Positions 15,625 through 24,330 of a stretch of DNA of 31,380 nt are shown piece by piece. The notes below the pieces were generated by a model that was not told the DNA's origin, did not search any database, and worked only from the letters and a program-made list of their open reading frames with translations. The first letter of the stretch is position 1, and the number at the start of each line of letters is the position of its first letter. A program made the translations under genes and the position numbers. Source of the stretch: a virus. Its lineage: Duplodnaviria; Caudoviricetes. Location of the stretch: the IMG/VR virus record IMGVR_UViG_3300032257_000548, positions 1-31,380 of that record, one strand, 5' to 3'.

Positions 15625-16878
15625 TCAGGAGCGCGCCAGAAGCGCGGCCAGGGTGGCCAGCGTTCCGGCGGTCGCGCTGCGCTCGACCGGCTGCCCCGCG
15701 CCGCCATTGCCACCGCCCAGATTGGCGAGCGCTGGCATCAGCAGGCGGGCCTCGTCTTGCGTGACGATCCCGGCCTGCACCAGTTCGGGCAGGTTTTCCG
15801 CGTCATCCTTGGGCGGCGTGAGGTCCAGCGGACGAAACGCCACCTGGCCAGGCTCCAGGCCTTCCTCGTTACTGCCCGGCGTCAACCCGATCTCCCTGAG
15901 GATCGGGCGCAACTGGTCCAGCATTCGCCGCCGTTTTGGTTTCAGCGTCAGATGCTCGAATGTGAAAAGCTGGCCCGCAACCTCGCCGCCGCCGCCCAAT
16001 TGGCCTGCCGTCATGATCCCCAGAATGCGCGGCGGCGTGCCGTGGGCGACGGGGACACGGTCCCGCGCTGCGTCGATGAGCTTGAGGAAATCGCCATCCT
16101 TCACATCCGCCGTCAGCTTCTCAAACCCCACCTCACCATCTTCGCCAGCGGTCAGGATCAGGGTGCGGTGCGCATTGTCGATGCCCTGGAAATCACTGCG
16201 GAAAAACTCGCGGATCGCCTCCCTTTGGGCAGCGCTCGGCGTCACACCCTTGAAGGTGATGGCGTATTCCGGGATGGCGTTGTTCTTGAAGAACGCGGCG
16301 TTGTAGCGGGTGGCGGCATAGGCCAGCTCCAGCATGCCCTCGGCCCCGATCCATGTGGGATAGGCATAGCGCCGCCCCATCGGGCAGGGTTCGCGCAGAT
16401 GGATGATTTCCTGCGCCGTGAAAGTCACTTTCCTGGTGTTGCCATCCGGCCCCGTGATGCGTTGGAGGAAGCCGCCGCGAAACCGGCTCATGGTGATCGC
16501 GGGCAGGCGGCGCAGCCGGATGATCCGGGTGCCATCGGTCGAACGGATTACCTGCAAAAAGGCATTGCCGTAGGTTTCCAGATCGAGCCCGAGAAGCACG
16601 AACATCTCTGATGCGCCGGTGTCGCACAGCGCCTCGATGGCATCGGCCTCGCCCAGAAGCCCGCCGCCGAACGCGCTTTCCGCCTTCACATGGATGGCCC
16701 GGCTATGTTCGGCGCTGGATCGGTAGAGCAATGCCAGGCCAGCGGGCGCAATTGGCCAGAGGAATTCACCGTCGAGACCAACCTCTGACCCACCGGACAA
16801 CATGCCGGGAAGGTTGCTTTTCAGCACATCAACGGTGCCTGTCACGGCGGGATTTTCAGGGGCTGCAATCTGGCTCAT
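15625..16878 (-). CDS. Portal protein, PBSX / P2 gpQ-like
   Basis: LALLYRSSAEHSRAIHVKA, LDLETYGNAFL, YNAAFFKNNAIP, DGDFLKL..RDRVPVAHGTPPRILGI. Confidence 0.9.
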   Translation of the reverse strand: MSQIAAPENPAVTGTVDVLKSNLPGMLSGGSEVGLDGEFLWPIAPAGLALLYRSSAEHSRAIHVKAESAFGGGLLGEADAIEALCDTGASEMFVLLGLDLETYGNAFLQVIRSTDGTRIIRLRRLPAITMSRFRGGFLQRITGPDGNTRKVTFTAQEIIHLREPCPMGRRYAYPTWIGAEGMLELAYAATRYNAAFFKNNAIPEYAITFKGVTPSAAQREAIREFFRSDFQGIDNAHRTLILTAGEDGEVGFEKLTADVKDGDFLKLIDAARDRVPVAHGTPPRILGIMTAGQLGGGGEVAGQLFTFEHLTLKPKRRRMLDQLRPILREIGLTPGSNEEGLEPGQVAFRPLDLTPPKDDAENLPELVQAGIVTQDEARLLMPALANLGGGNGGAGQPVERSATAGTLATLAALLARS

Positions 16879-17037
16879 GCGCCAAGGGATACAGGTCAAG
16901 ACTGAGCGGCGAAATTCCCCCAGACCCTTGAAAGTTTAGTAATAAACGCAAGGGCCTGCCGCCATCTTTTACCGATCTGACGCATCGGGCAAGAGTGTTT
17001 TCAATCGAACCTGAAACACCCCACCGGAGCCCGTCCC
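16879..17037. promoter_or_regulatory. Divergent late-promoter region with palindromes
   Basis: Lower-GC gap between the divergent portal and protease genes. Dyad CCCTTG-aaa-GTTTA-gtaa-TAAAC-g-CAAGGG at 16925-16954. Confidence 0.6.
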
Positions 17038-17958
17038 TTGGCCAAGCTCACCGATCTTTCCGTCAGCTTCCTGTCGCTGGTCAAAACCCCCGCAACCGGC
17101 AAGGGGCTAACCCTCAAATCCAAGGATGGCGAACGCCCAATTCCGTTCGAGCTGGTTCACAAGAACGATGACATGATGCGCGCCTATGGTGTGGTCTATG
17201 CGCCCGATCAGGAAGACGCGCATGGCGACACGGCCAGCGCCGACACGATCCGCCGGGCCGCCACCGAGTTTATGCGCGAAGGGCGGCTCAAGAACATCGA
17301 TGCCGAGCATTCCTTCACCGCAGAGATGGCGTTCGTGGCCGAGAGCTGGCTGGTGCGAAAAGGGGACGCGCTTTTTGCCGATGAACCCGAAGGCTCCTGG
17401 GCTGTGGGTATCCAGATCGGCGATCCCGATCTGTGGAAGCAGCTCAAATCGGGCGAATTGACAGGCATCTCACTGGCCGGGATCGCCCGGATGGAGCCCG
17501 AACCGGAAGACCCCGCAAACCAGCGTTACACCGAGAAGGACGCGGAAAACGTGCCCGGATGGTTCGCGGCATTCGTCAAGGCTGTGACCGGCGCAACCCC
17601 CACCAAAGACCCTATCGAGGAGACAGAAATGGACGAGAACGAAGTCCAAGGCATCGTGCGCGACACGCTCAAAGCCGAGCTTGGCCCGGCGATCAAGGAC
17701 GCCCTGAAATCGGCGGGCGATCCGCCGAAGCCGGAAGAACCCACCGAGGTTCAGAAAGAGGTTGCCGCCGCGCTGAAAGCCGCAGGCGTCGAGCCGAAAG
17801 ACCCGCCTGCGGAAGGTGAAACCGAAATCGAAAAGGCTGTCGCAAAGGGCATTGAAACCCTCGAAGGCAAACTCGGCGATATGGTCACCGCCGCCCTGGC
17901 CAAGGGCGCGACCGAAACTGACCCGACCACGGGCGCAACCGAGGAGAGCTTCGCATGA
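17038..17958 (+). CDS. XkdF-like capsid maturation serine protease with C-terminal scaffold
   Basis: FLSLVKTPA, YGVVYAPDQEDAHGD, ESWLV, LKSGELTGISLAG, then an acidic helical tail. TTG start with GGAG RBS. Confidence 0.88.
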   Translation: MAKLTDLSVSFLSLVKTPATGKGLTLKSKDGERPIPFELVHKNDDMMRAYGVVYAPDQEDAHGDTASADTIRRAATEFMREGRLKNIDAEHSFTAEMAFVAESWLVRKGDALFADEPEGSWAVGIQIGDPDLWKQLKSGELTGISLAGIARMEPEPEDPANQRYTEKDAENVPGWFAAFVKAVTGATPTKDPIEETEMDENEVQGIVRDTLKAELGPAIKDALKSAGDPPKPEEPTEVQKEVAAALKAAGVEPKDPPAEGETEIEKAVAKGIETLEGKLGDMVTAALAKGATETDPTTGATEESFA

Positions 17959-18890
17959 TCATCACCCTCAAATCCGGCGCGCGGATGCATGATTTCATCG
18001 CGCTGGCCAAAGGGCTGATCGAGCCCGAAGACCTGCGCAATGGCGGCCAGCTGCAAGCGCAGGCGGCGGCCAAGTTGATCACCTTGCTGTTCAAGGACAA
18101 GTTCCTGGCCAAGGTTACCACCATTCGCATGTCGAAGCTGACCCGCGATGTGGACGTGATGGACATTCTGCGCCGCCAGCTGGTGCGCGTGGCCCAGGGC
18201 CAGGAACCTGTTGCCGACGATCTGACCGAGGCAAGCGAGTTCGGAGCCAAGCTGACCGCGTTGGACGCACAGCTTTTCGCCAGCCTGACCTTGGATTTCC
18301 TGCGCGAGAACAAGGACAATCCGAACCTCCAGAAAGAGGTGGAAGCCGGGTTTAACACTCGGCTGGCCAATGACATTGTGGACCTTGGTTTCAACGGCGT
18401 GGCCGATGATGCGGTGGGTGCCAACAATGCCGCCAAGTTCATCCGCCTGAACAAAGGCTGGCTCCAGATCGCACGCGACGCCACCAGCACGCCCAAGGTC
18501 GCCATCGATCCCGCGCTGGATGGCTGGGTGGGATCGATGCAAGCCATCATGGATGCATCGGATGTGCGCGCCCGCGCCAATTCGGTCTTCGTAATGAACG
18601 AAGCCGACGCCGATGCCTATTCGCGGGAGATCAACGCGCCGGTTACCGGCCAGGAGACCCAGACCGCCGCCCCGGCGCGGCGTTATCAGGGCAAGCCTAT
18701 CGAGGCGCATCCCGATTTCCCGGCGGGCTCGGTTCTGTTCACGCCGATGAAGAACCTGGTTTACGGGCTGCACAACACGGTGGATCGCAACCGCGCCTAT
18801 CACAACCGCCGCCGCGCCCTCGAATACACGTTCGACATGGCCTTTGACTACGAAATCGCGGTCAAGCAATTCGCCGTTCTGGGCGAGTAA
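17955..18890 (+). CDS. Major capsid protein, P2-family-like
   Basis: LANDIVDLGFNG and LNKGWLQ motifs as in P2 gpN-like capsids; follows the protease with ATGA overlap. Confidence 0.88.
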   Translation: MIITLKSGARMHDFIALAKGLIEPEDLRNGGQLQAQAAAKLITLLFKDKFLAKVTTIRMSKLTRDVDVMDILRRQLVRVAQGQEPVADDLTEASEFGAKLTALDAQLFASLTLDFLRENKDNPNLQKEVEAGFNTRLANDIVDLGFNGVADDAVGANNAAKFIRLNKGWLQIARDATSTPKVAIDPALDGWVGSMQAIMDASDVRARANSVFVMNEADADAYSREINAPVTGQETQTAAPARRYQGKPIEAHPDFPAGSVLFTPMKNLVYGLHNTVDRNRAYHNRRRALEYTFDMAFDYEIAVKQFAVLGE

Positions 18891-18893
18891 GAG

Positions 18894-19316
18894 ATGCCTG
18901 AGGCGGCATCCGTCACGCCGGGGGAAATCCGGGTCTATGCGAACCTTCCCAGCGAAGTTCCCGAGGCCTTGCTTTCCAGCCATATCGAGATTGCGCATCG
19001 CGATCTCGACCGGGCAACCGGTGTGACGGATGCCCCTACGGGCCTCGATGCAGAATGGGCCGAGGCGCTCACCGTGCGCGCCCTGGCCAGCGCCTTTCCC
19101 TGGCTAAACACCTTCGCGCTCGATGGCGCGGCCAAGGTGGGCCGGTTGGAAGGATCGGTCGAGTATCGCTTTCTCGATGCCGAGGAGGTTGAACAGAAGA
19201 TCATGAATTTAGACGCCCGTTTTGCCGAGCTGGTGGCCATTCTGACGCCCCCCGCCTCGGATGAGGCCCCGCAAGATGAGGTCGGCCTCGGGGCCGTCTC
19301 GATGATGAGTATCTGA
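18894..19316 (+). CDS. Putative head-tail adaptor/head completion protein
   Basis: 140 aa helical-looking protein directly after the capsid gene; function from synteny only. Confidence 0.55.
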   Translation: MPEAASVTPGEIRVYANLPSEVPEALLSSHIEIAHRDLDRATGVTDAPTGLDAEWAEALTVRALASAFPWLNTFALDGAAKVGRLEGSVEYRFLDAEEVEQKIMNLDARFAELVAILTPPASDEAPQDEVGLGAVSMMSI

Positions 19317-19329
19317 CCGGAGACCACCC

Positions 19330-19836
19330 ATGCGCCTGCGCACCCGTTTCGCCGATGAGATCAAGACCCGCCTCCTGGCCCTGTTGCCCGAGGCGGTCGC
19401 GACGGTCTGGGATGCGCAAGTTGTCGTGGTCGCGGTCGAAAAGATCGGGTTCACATCGGCTGGTGGTCTGGAAGGAGAATGGGAACGCAACGCGGAGCTT
19501 GACGGCGTCGTGCGCGTCGAGCTGCGCGCCGATAAGATCGATGTGCATGAGGTCGAGCCGCTGATTGCGGACCTTCTGGCGCGGACGGTCTTTCTGGATT
19601 TCGCAGCCGACGCCGCCCTCGGCGAGATGAGCGAAAAGGCCCGTTTCGAGCTGTCCGAATGGCGCGATACCTTGCGCGATACCCAGCTGGTCAGCGCGCT
19701 GCGCTTCAAGGTCACCGCGACACTTGCAACCTATGCGGGCCCCGGCACCCGGCCCGATCTTTTGATCGGCCAGGCCCCCGAGATCGGCCCCGGCAGCGAA
19801 GGCAGCTACACCCCGATCACGGGGGAAGCGGCATGA
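19330..19836 (+). CDS. Putative tail completion/terminator protein
   Basis: 168 aa between head and baseplate genes; GGAG RBS; function from synteny only. Confidence 0.5.
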   Translation: MRLRTRFADEIKTRLLALLPEAVATVWDAQVVVVAVEKIGFTSAGGLEGEWERNAELDGVVRVELRADKIDVHEVEPLIADLLARTVFLDFAADAALGEMSEKARFELSEWRDTLRDTQLVSALRFKVTATLATYAGPGTRPDLLIGQAPEIGPGSEGSYTPITGEAA

Positions 19837-20237
19837 TGGATTTCGACACCACCGAAAATGACCGCCGCATCGCCAACATTGCGCAAATGGGCGTGGTGGA
19901 GGAGGTCAACTATGCCAGCCCGCCCAAGGCCCGCATACGGATCGGCGGGCTCCTCACTGGCTGGATGCGCATGGGCACCCGCCGTGCGGGCGATGCGCAT
20001 GAGAGTTGGGGCTATAGCGTTGGCGAGGAGGTGCTGGTGGTTTCGACCTCTGCCGAGTTCCGCAATGGTGTAATTGTCTGCGCCCTCGCCAATGGCAAGA
20101 ACCCGGCCCAGGCGGGCGATGGTGTTTTCAAGACCGTCTATCCTGGCGGTGTCGTGATCACGATCAGCGGCGGCAATGTCGAGGTTGTTGCCTCGGGAAA
20201 CATCACCCTCAAAGGCGCGAGGATAGATCTTAACTGA
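19833..20237 (+). CDS. Baseplate spike protein (P2 gpV-like), short
   Basis: RRIANIAQMGVVEEV...LLTGWMR...RAG...SVGEEVLV; ends ITLKGARIDLN. Confidence 0.88.
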   Translation: MMDFDTTENDRRIANIAQMGVVEEVNYASPPKARIRIGGLLTGWMRMGTRRAGDAHESWGYSVGEEVLVVSTSAEFRNGVIVCALANGKNPAQAGDGVFKTVYPGGVVITISGGNVEVVASGNITLKGARIDLN

Positions 20238-20530
20238 TGCCCCAGGTTGCCCGCATAACCGATATTTGCACCGGCCACGGGTGCTGGCCCGCCCGCGCTG
20301 CGGCACAAGGGAGCGGCGAGGTATATGTTGAGGATCTCGCCGCACATCGGCAAGGGGATGCCTGGCAACCCCACACCTGTCCAGCGATCCCGGAAACCCA
20401 CGCGGGCGCACTGGCCAGCGGCTCGGGCACTGTCTACGTCAACGGCAAGCAACTGGGGCGGATCGGCGATCCAGTGAATTGCGGCTCCTCGGTGGCATCC
20501 GGGGCCTCAACGGTTTTTGCGGGGGGCTGA
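20237..20530 (+). CDS. PAAR-domain spike tip protein
   Basis: PQVARITDICTGHG...AAHRQGD...H...GSGTVYVNGKQLGRIGDPVNCGS; 97 aa. Confidence 0.92.
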   Translation: MPQVARITDICTGHGCWPARAAAQGSGEVYVEDLAAHRQGDAWQPHTCPAIPETHAGALASGSGTVYVNGKQLGRIGDPVNCGSSVASGASTVFAGG

Positions 20531-20533
20531 GAG

Positions 20534-20887
20534 ATGAGTTTGACTGGCCTCAACATAACCAACGGGCGCGCCGTGAGCGGCCTCGATCACCTGCGCCAAT
20601 CGGTGCGCGATATCCTGATGACGCCCATCGGCAGTCGCGTCATGCGCCGCAACTATGGCTCAAACCTGTTCGATCTGATCGACCAGAACCTGACGCCCCT
20701 GGTGCTGGCACAAATCTACGCGGCCAGCATCGATGCCCTGCGCAAATGGGAACCGCGACTGCGCATCACCCGTGTCCAGGCCGAGGCCTTGCCCGAGGAG
20801 CTGGAGGGCGGGCGCATTTCCCTGAGTGTCGAGGGGGTCTATCTGCCCGAAGGTCGCGAGATCACGCTTGAGGGGGTGATCCTATGA
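20534..20887 (+). CDS. Baseplate wedge protein gpW/gp25
   Basis: DHLRQSVRDILMTPIGSRVMRRNYGS...ALRKWEPR. Confidence 0.93.
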   Translation: MSLTGLNITNGRAVSGLDHLRQSVRDILMTPIGSRVMRRNYGSNLFDLIDQNLTPLVLAQIYAASIDALRKWEPRLRITRVQAEALPEELEGGRISLSVEGVYLPEGREITLEGVIL

Positions 20888-21807
20888 GCTTTTCCGGTAT
20901 CGACCTTTCGCGCCTGCCCGCCCCGCAGATCATCGATCAGCCTGATTTCGAGACGATCTTTGCGGCCCGCAAGGCACGGCTCGTTGAGCTGGCCGGGGAG
21001 TTTGGCAGCGCCGACTACATGGCGTCCCTCAGCGCCGCGCTGGAGCTGGAGAGCGAGCCTCTGGTCCACCTCTTGCAGGAAGACAGCTACCGCGAGCTAT
21101 TGTTGCGCGCCGCCGTTCAGGACGCCGGAAAGGGCAATCTTCTGGCCTTTGCGGAAGGGGCCGTGCTGGATCATATTGCAGCGTTCTACGGCGTTGCGCG
21201 TCAAGTGGTTCAGGAGGCCGATGCCACCGTGAGCCCACCGATCCCGGAGGTGTTGGAAAGCGATGACCGGCTGCGCGCCCGTGTGCAGCTGGCCCCGGAA
21301 GGGTTCAGCACCGCTGGCCCGGTCGGGGCCTATGTTTTCTGGGCGTTGTCTGCCTCGGCAAAGGTCAGGGATGTTGCGGTCCTGCAAACAGCCCAGCCGG
21401 GCGATGTGCGCGTTGTGGTTCTGTCCACCGTGGCCGATGGCACCCCGGACGCGGATCTCCTGGCCCTTGTCGATGCCGCGACGGAGCCGCGCCGCCCATT
21501 GACGGATAATGTCATGGTAGAGGCCGCGACGGTGCAACCCTACACGGTCGAGGCCGAGCTGACCCTCTATGATGGGCCGGATGCAGAAGTGGTGCGCCAG
21601 GCATCGCTGGCCGCGATCACAGCCTTTGTCGATGCGCACCACCGCCTCGGCCACGATATCACCATCGCGGGTCTGCATGCCGCGCTTTACCGCGAGGGCG
21701 TTCAGGACGTGGCTATAACGGCCCCGGCTACAAGCCTGGTGATCGCACCCGACACCGCCGCATTCTGCACCGGGATCACCCTGACCGTCGGGGGCCGCGA
21801 TGTCTGA
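20884..21807 (+). CDS. Baseplate assembly protein J
   Basis: IDLSRLPAP...ELESEPL...ESDDRLRARVQLAPEGFSTAGP..AY...RPLTDNV. Confidence 0.95.
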   Translation: MSFSGIDLSRLPAPQIIDQPDFETIFAARKARLVELAGEFGSADYMASLSAALELESEPLVHLLQEDSYRELLLRAAVQDAGKGNLLAFAEGAVLDHIAAFYGVARQVVQEADATVSPPIPEVLESDDRLRARVQLAPEGFSTAGPVGAYVFWALSASAKVRDVAVLQTAQPGDVRVVVLSTVADGTPDADLLALVDAATEPRRPLTDNVMVEAATVQPYTVEAELTLYDGPDAEVVRQASLAAITAFVDAHHRLGHDITIAGLHAALYREGVQDVAITAPATSLVIAPDTAAFCTGITLTVGGRDV

Positions 21808-22558
21808 CATCAAGACGCTTCTGCCGCCCAGCACATCCGCGACCTTGCGCAGCCTTGAGACCGTCATGGCCGAGCGTGAGGCGGGCATGGAAACCCCGAT
21901 CACCAGGCTCTGGAATGCAAATACCTGCCCTGTCGATCTCCTGGGCTGGCTGGCCTGGGCGCTGTCGGTGGATATCTGGGATGGGAGATGGAACGAGGAG
22001 GTCAAGCGCGCTGTTCTGGCCGACAGCATCGCGGTGCACCGCCTTAAGGGCACACGCGGCGCGGTCGAGCGCGCTTTGGGCGCTTTGGGTTTCGCGACCG
22101 AGATTTCCGAATGGTTCGAGTATGGTGGCGCGCCGCACACGTTCCGCATCGATGCCTACGGTGATGATGTGTTCGCCGCCGGTCTGACCATCGATCCGGC
22201 GCTGCTGGATACCGTTACCCGCCTGGTCGAGACGGTGAAGCCGGTGCGCTCGCATTTCAGCCTGCGCGTCGGACAGCGGTTTGAGACTGACCTGACCATG
22301 CGCTCCGCGCTCGGTATCCGGCAACGCGCCGATACGCCGCTCGCGCCAGTTGCTCCGGTCCGGGCCGTCGATGCGCTGGCATATCTGCGCAGCCATCTCG
22401 GCGCGCGCGCCACCGTGAGCGCGCCTGTTATGCCTGCCGCTCCTGCGCGGCGCGCACAGTCCACAATCTTTATGCGCGGCGGTTTGCGCGGGCGTCAGCT
22501 CATGCAGGTCACCACCGTGCCCGCCATCTATCAGGAGGCCCCATTCTATGCCGCTTAA
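21800..22558 (+). CDS. Tail protein I (P2 gpI-like) with C-terminal extension
   Basis: LLPPS...LWNANTCPVDLLGWLAWALSVD.W...HRLKGTRGAV...KPVRSH. Confidence 0.92.
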   Translation: MSDIKTLLPPSTSATLRSLETVMAEREAGMETPITRLWNANTCPVDLLGWLAWALSVDIWDGRWNEEVKRAVLADSIAVHRLKGTRGAVERALGALGFATEISEWFEYGGAPHTFRIDAYGDDVFAAGLTIDPALLDTVTRLVETVKPVRSHFSLRVGQRFETDLTMRSALGIRQRADTPLAPVAPVRAVDALAYLRSHLGARATVSAPVMPAAPARRAQSTIFMRGGLRGRQLMQVTTVPAIYQEAPFYAA

Positions 22559-23057
22559 TGCCACCCAGATCATTACCGCCATCGGCCAGGCCAAGCTGGC
22601 CCGGGCTATGATGGACGATCTTAGTGTCGAGGTTGCCACTGTGGCCCTGGGAGACGGCTCAGGTATTCGCTATGCGCCTTCCGAGGCACAGACGGAGCTG
22701 CGCAACGAGCTGCTACGTCAGCCAATCACCAGCCAGAGCCAGCTGGACACGCAGACATGGCGCACGCGCGTCGAGTTTGGCACCGATATCCCAGGTTTCT
22801 GGTTGCGCGAGATCGGCTTTATCGACGCTTCAGGGGATTTGATTTTCCTGGTGGCCGGTGCCGAGATCAACGAGGGCTGGACCGGCGCGTTCGATCTGCT
22901 GTTTCAGCACGATCTCAACCTGACCGGCATCAAGGATGGCCTGGTCATCGTGAACGCGCCCGACGACGCCTATGTCGCCTTCGCCACCCGATCCCTGCAC
23001 ATGCAGGCCACCCTTACCCTGCAACAGTTCAAACTGACCGAGGCCATCAAGGCCTAA
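22548..23057 (+). CDS. Tail-collar fibre N-terminal domain protein (DUF3751-like)
   Basis: IITAIGQAKLA...ALGDG...QTELRNE...GFWLREIGFIDASGDLI. Confidence 0.8.
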   Translation: MPLNATQIITAIGQAKLARAMMDDLSVEVATVALGDGSGIRYAPSEAQTELRNELLRQPITSQSQLDTQTWRTRVEFGTDIPGFWLREIGFIDASGDLIFLVAGAEINEGWTGAFDLLFQHDLNLTGIKDGLVIVNAPDDAYVAFATRSLHMQATLTLQQFKLTEAIKA

Positions 23058-23083
23058 AACGGTCTCTATCCAGGAGAACCACA

Positions 23084-23890
23084 ATGACACTCGCCGCACT
23101 GACCGCAGCGACGGCCGCTCTGCAAGAAGCCGCCGACGCCTATAACGGCAAGATTCCTGCTATCGACGCCAAGGTCACCGCCGCGCAGGCGACTTATAGC
23201 GCGCTGGCCGAAGACTTGCAGGGCGTGGTGCGTCGCGAGATGTATTTCACTTGCACCATCAATCCAGACGAGGCCGCGCCAACCGAGGTCGATGGCGGCA
23301 CCTTTGCCAGCATCGCCGATGCCGTGGCCAAAATATCGTCTGGTGGATTTGCAATACTCGAACTGCTGGTTGACAAGACCTACGAGATCGACAACGCCAT
23401 TCCCCTTTTTGAGGGATCCGTCCTGATCCGTCGCAAGTCTGGCCAGGCTGGCAATGATCCGGTCGTCCAGTTCAACAGCTACACGGCCAACGCGGCCGGC
23501 ACCGACTACAACTATTGCTATGGCATTACGCCGACGGGCATGGTCGATGTCCGCTTTGACAGCGTGACACTTGCATTTCAAGGCAAAATCGATCCTGCGG
23601 CTGACTGGGGATACCCGCAAGCAGCCATCCGCTTTACGCACACTGGCCTGCAGAGCCTTGGTCTGGAGGATTGCACCGTGATTGGCGATGTTGGCCTGTC
23701 GCTCATGAACTGCAATGCCGGAGCCACCGTTCGCCTTGGCCTGTTCAACTCGACACTCGACGGCGGTGTGATCGGCGTCGCCAACGCAGCACTCGGCGTG
23801 GCGCTGATCTCCACGAAGGCCGTGACGCTGTCGAACGGTTCTACGCTGACCGATGGCGGCGTTATTGGCACCAACATCCTGCAATCATGA
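23084..23890 (+). CDS. Putative tail fibre / receptor-binding protein
   Basis: CAGGAG RBS; N-terminal Ala-rich coiled coil, then a beta-rich region starting TFASIADAV; position after the collar gene. Confidence 0.65.
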   Translation: MTLAALTAATAALQEAADAYNGKIPAIDAKVTAAQATYSALAEDLQGVVRREMYFTCTINPDEAAPTEVDGGTFASIADAVAKISSGGFAILELLVDKTYEIDNAIPLFEGSVLIRRKSGQAGNDPVVQFNSYTANAAGTDYNYCYGITPTGMVDVRFDSVTLAFQGKIDPAADWGYPQAAIRFTHTGLQSLGLEDCTVIGDVGLSLMNCNAGATVRLGLFNSTLDGGVIGVANAALGVALISTKAVTLSNGSTLTDGGVIGTNILQS

Positions 23891-23908
23891 CCCCGGAGAA
23901 CCAGAAAA

Positions 23909-24310
23909 ATGATCTTTGATTTTGAACATGCAGGGCGCATCTACCTGGCCTGGACGGTGGAAGAGGCCCTGGCGGCTGGAGTGCCGCAGGCCGTGATCGA
24001 CGCCGAACTGTCTAAACGGCGCAGGACCGACATCAGCGCCGAGTGCCGCCGCCGCATCTACGCCGTGGCCAGTTCCGAGGCGCAGATGAACATGGCAGCG
24101 GCCACGGCGGTGATTTCCGGCAAAACCGCATCGGCGCGCACCGACACCGAACAGGCGGTGTTGGCGGGCGCGGAAGCCGCCATCGGCTGGGTCGCGGCCA
24201 TGCGCGCCAATATCGCCACCCTCGCCGCCGATCCCGCAACCGACTTCACCGCCGACGCCGCCTGGCCGGATATCCCGCCAGAGGCGCGGGCGATGATCGA
24301 AAACTTCTGA
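23909..24310 (+). CDS. Putative tail fibre assembly chaperone
   Basis: 133 aa after the fibre gene, with W..AMR and C-terminal AAWP motifs. Confidence 0.55.
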   Translation: MIFDFEHAGRIYLAWTVEEALAAGVPQAVIDAELSKRRRTDISAECRRRIYAVASSEAQMNMAAATAVISGKTASARTDTEQAVLAGAEAAIGWVAAMRANIATLAADPATDFTADAAWPDIPPEARAMIENF

Positions 24311-24330
24311 ACCACGAAAGGTCTGAAACC

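Noticed and set aside
11294-17037. Actively invertible segment explaining the minus-strand block
   Set aside because: I found no matching inverted recombination sites at the two boundaries and no invertase. A divergent promoter region and a convergent terminator suggest a fixed arrangement.
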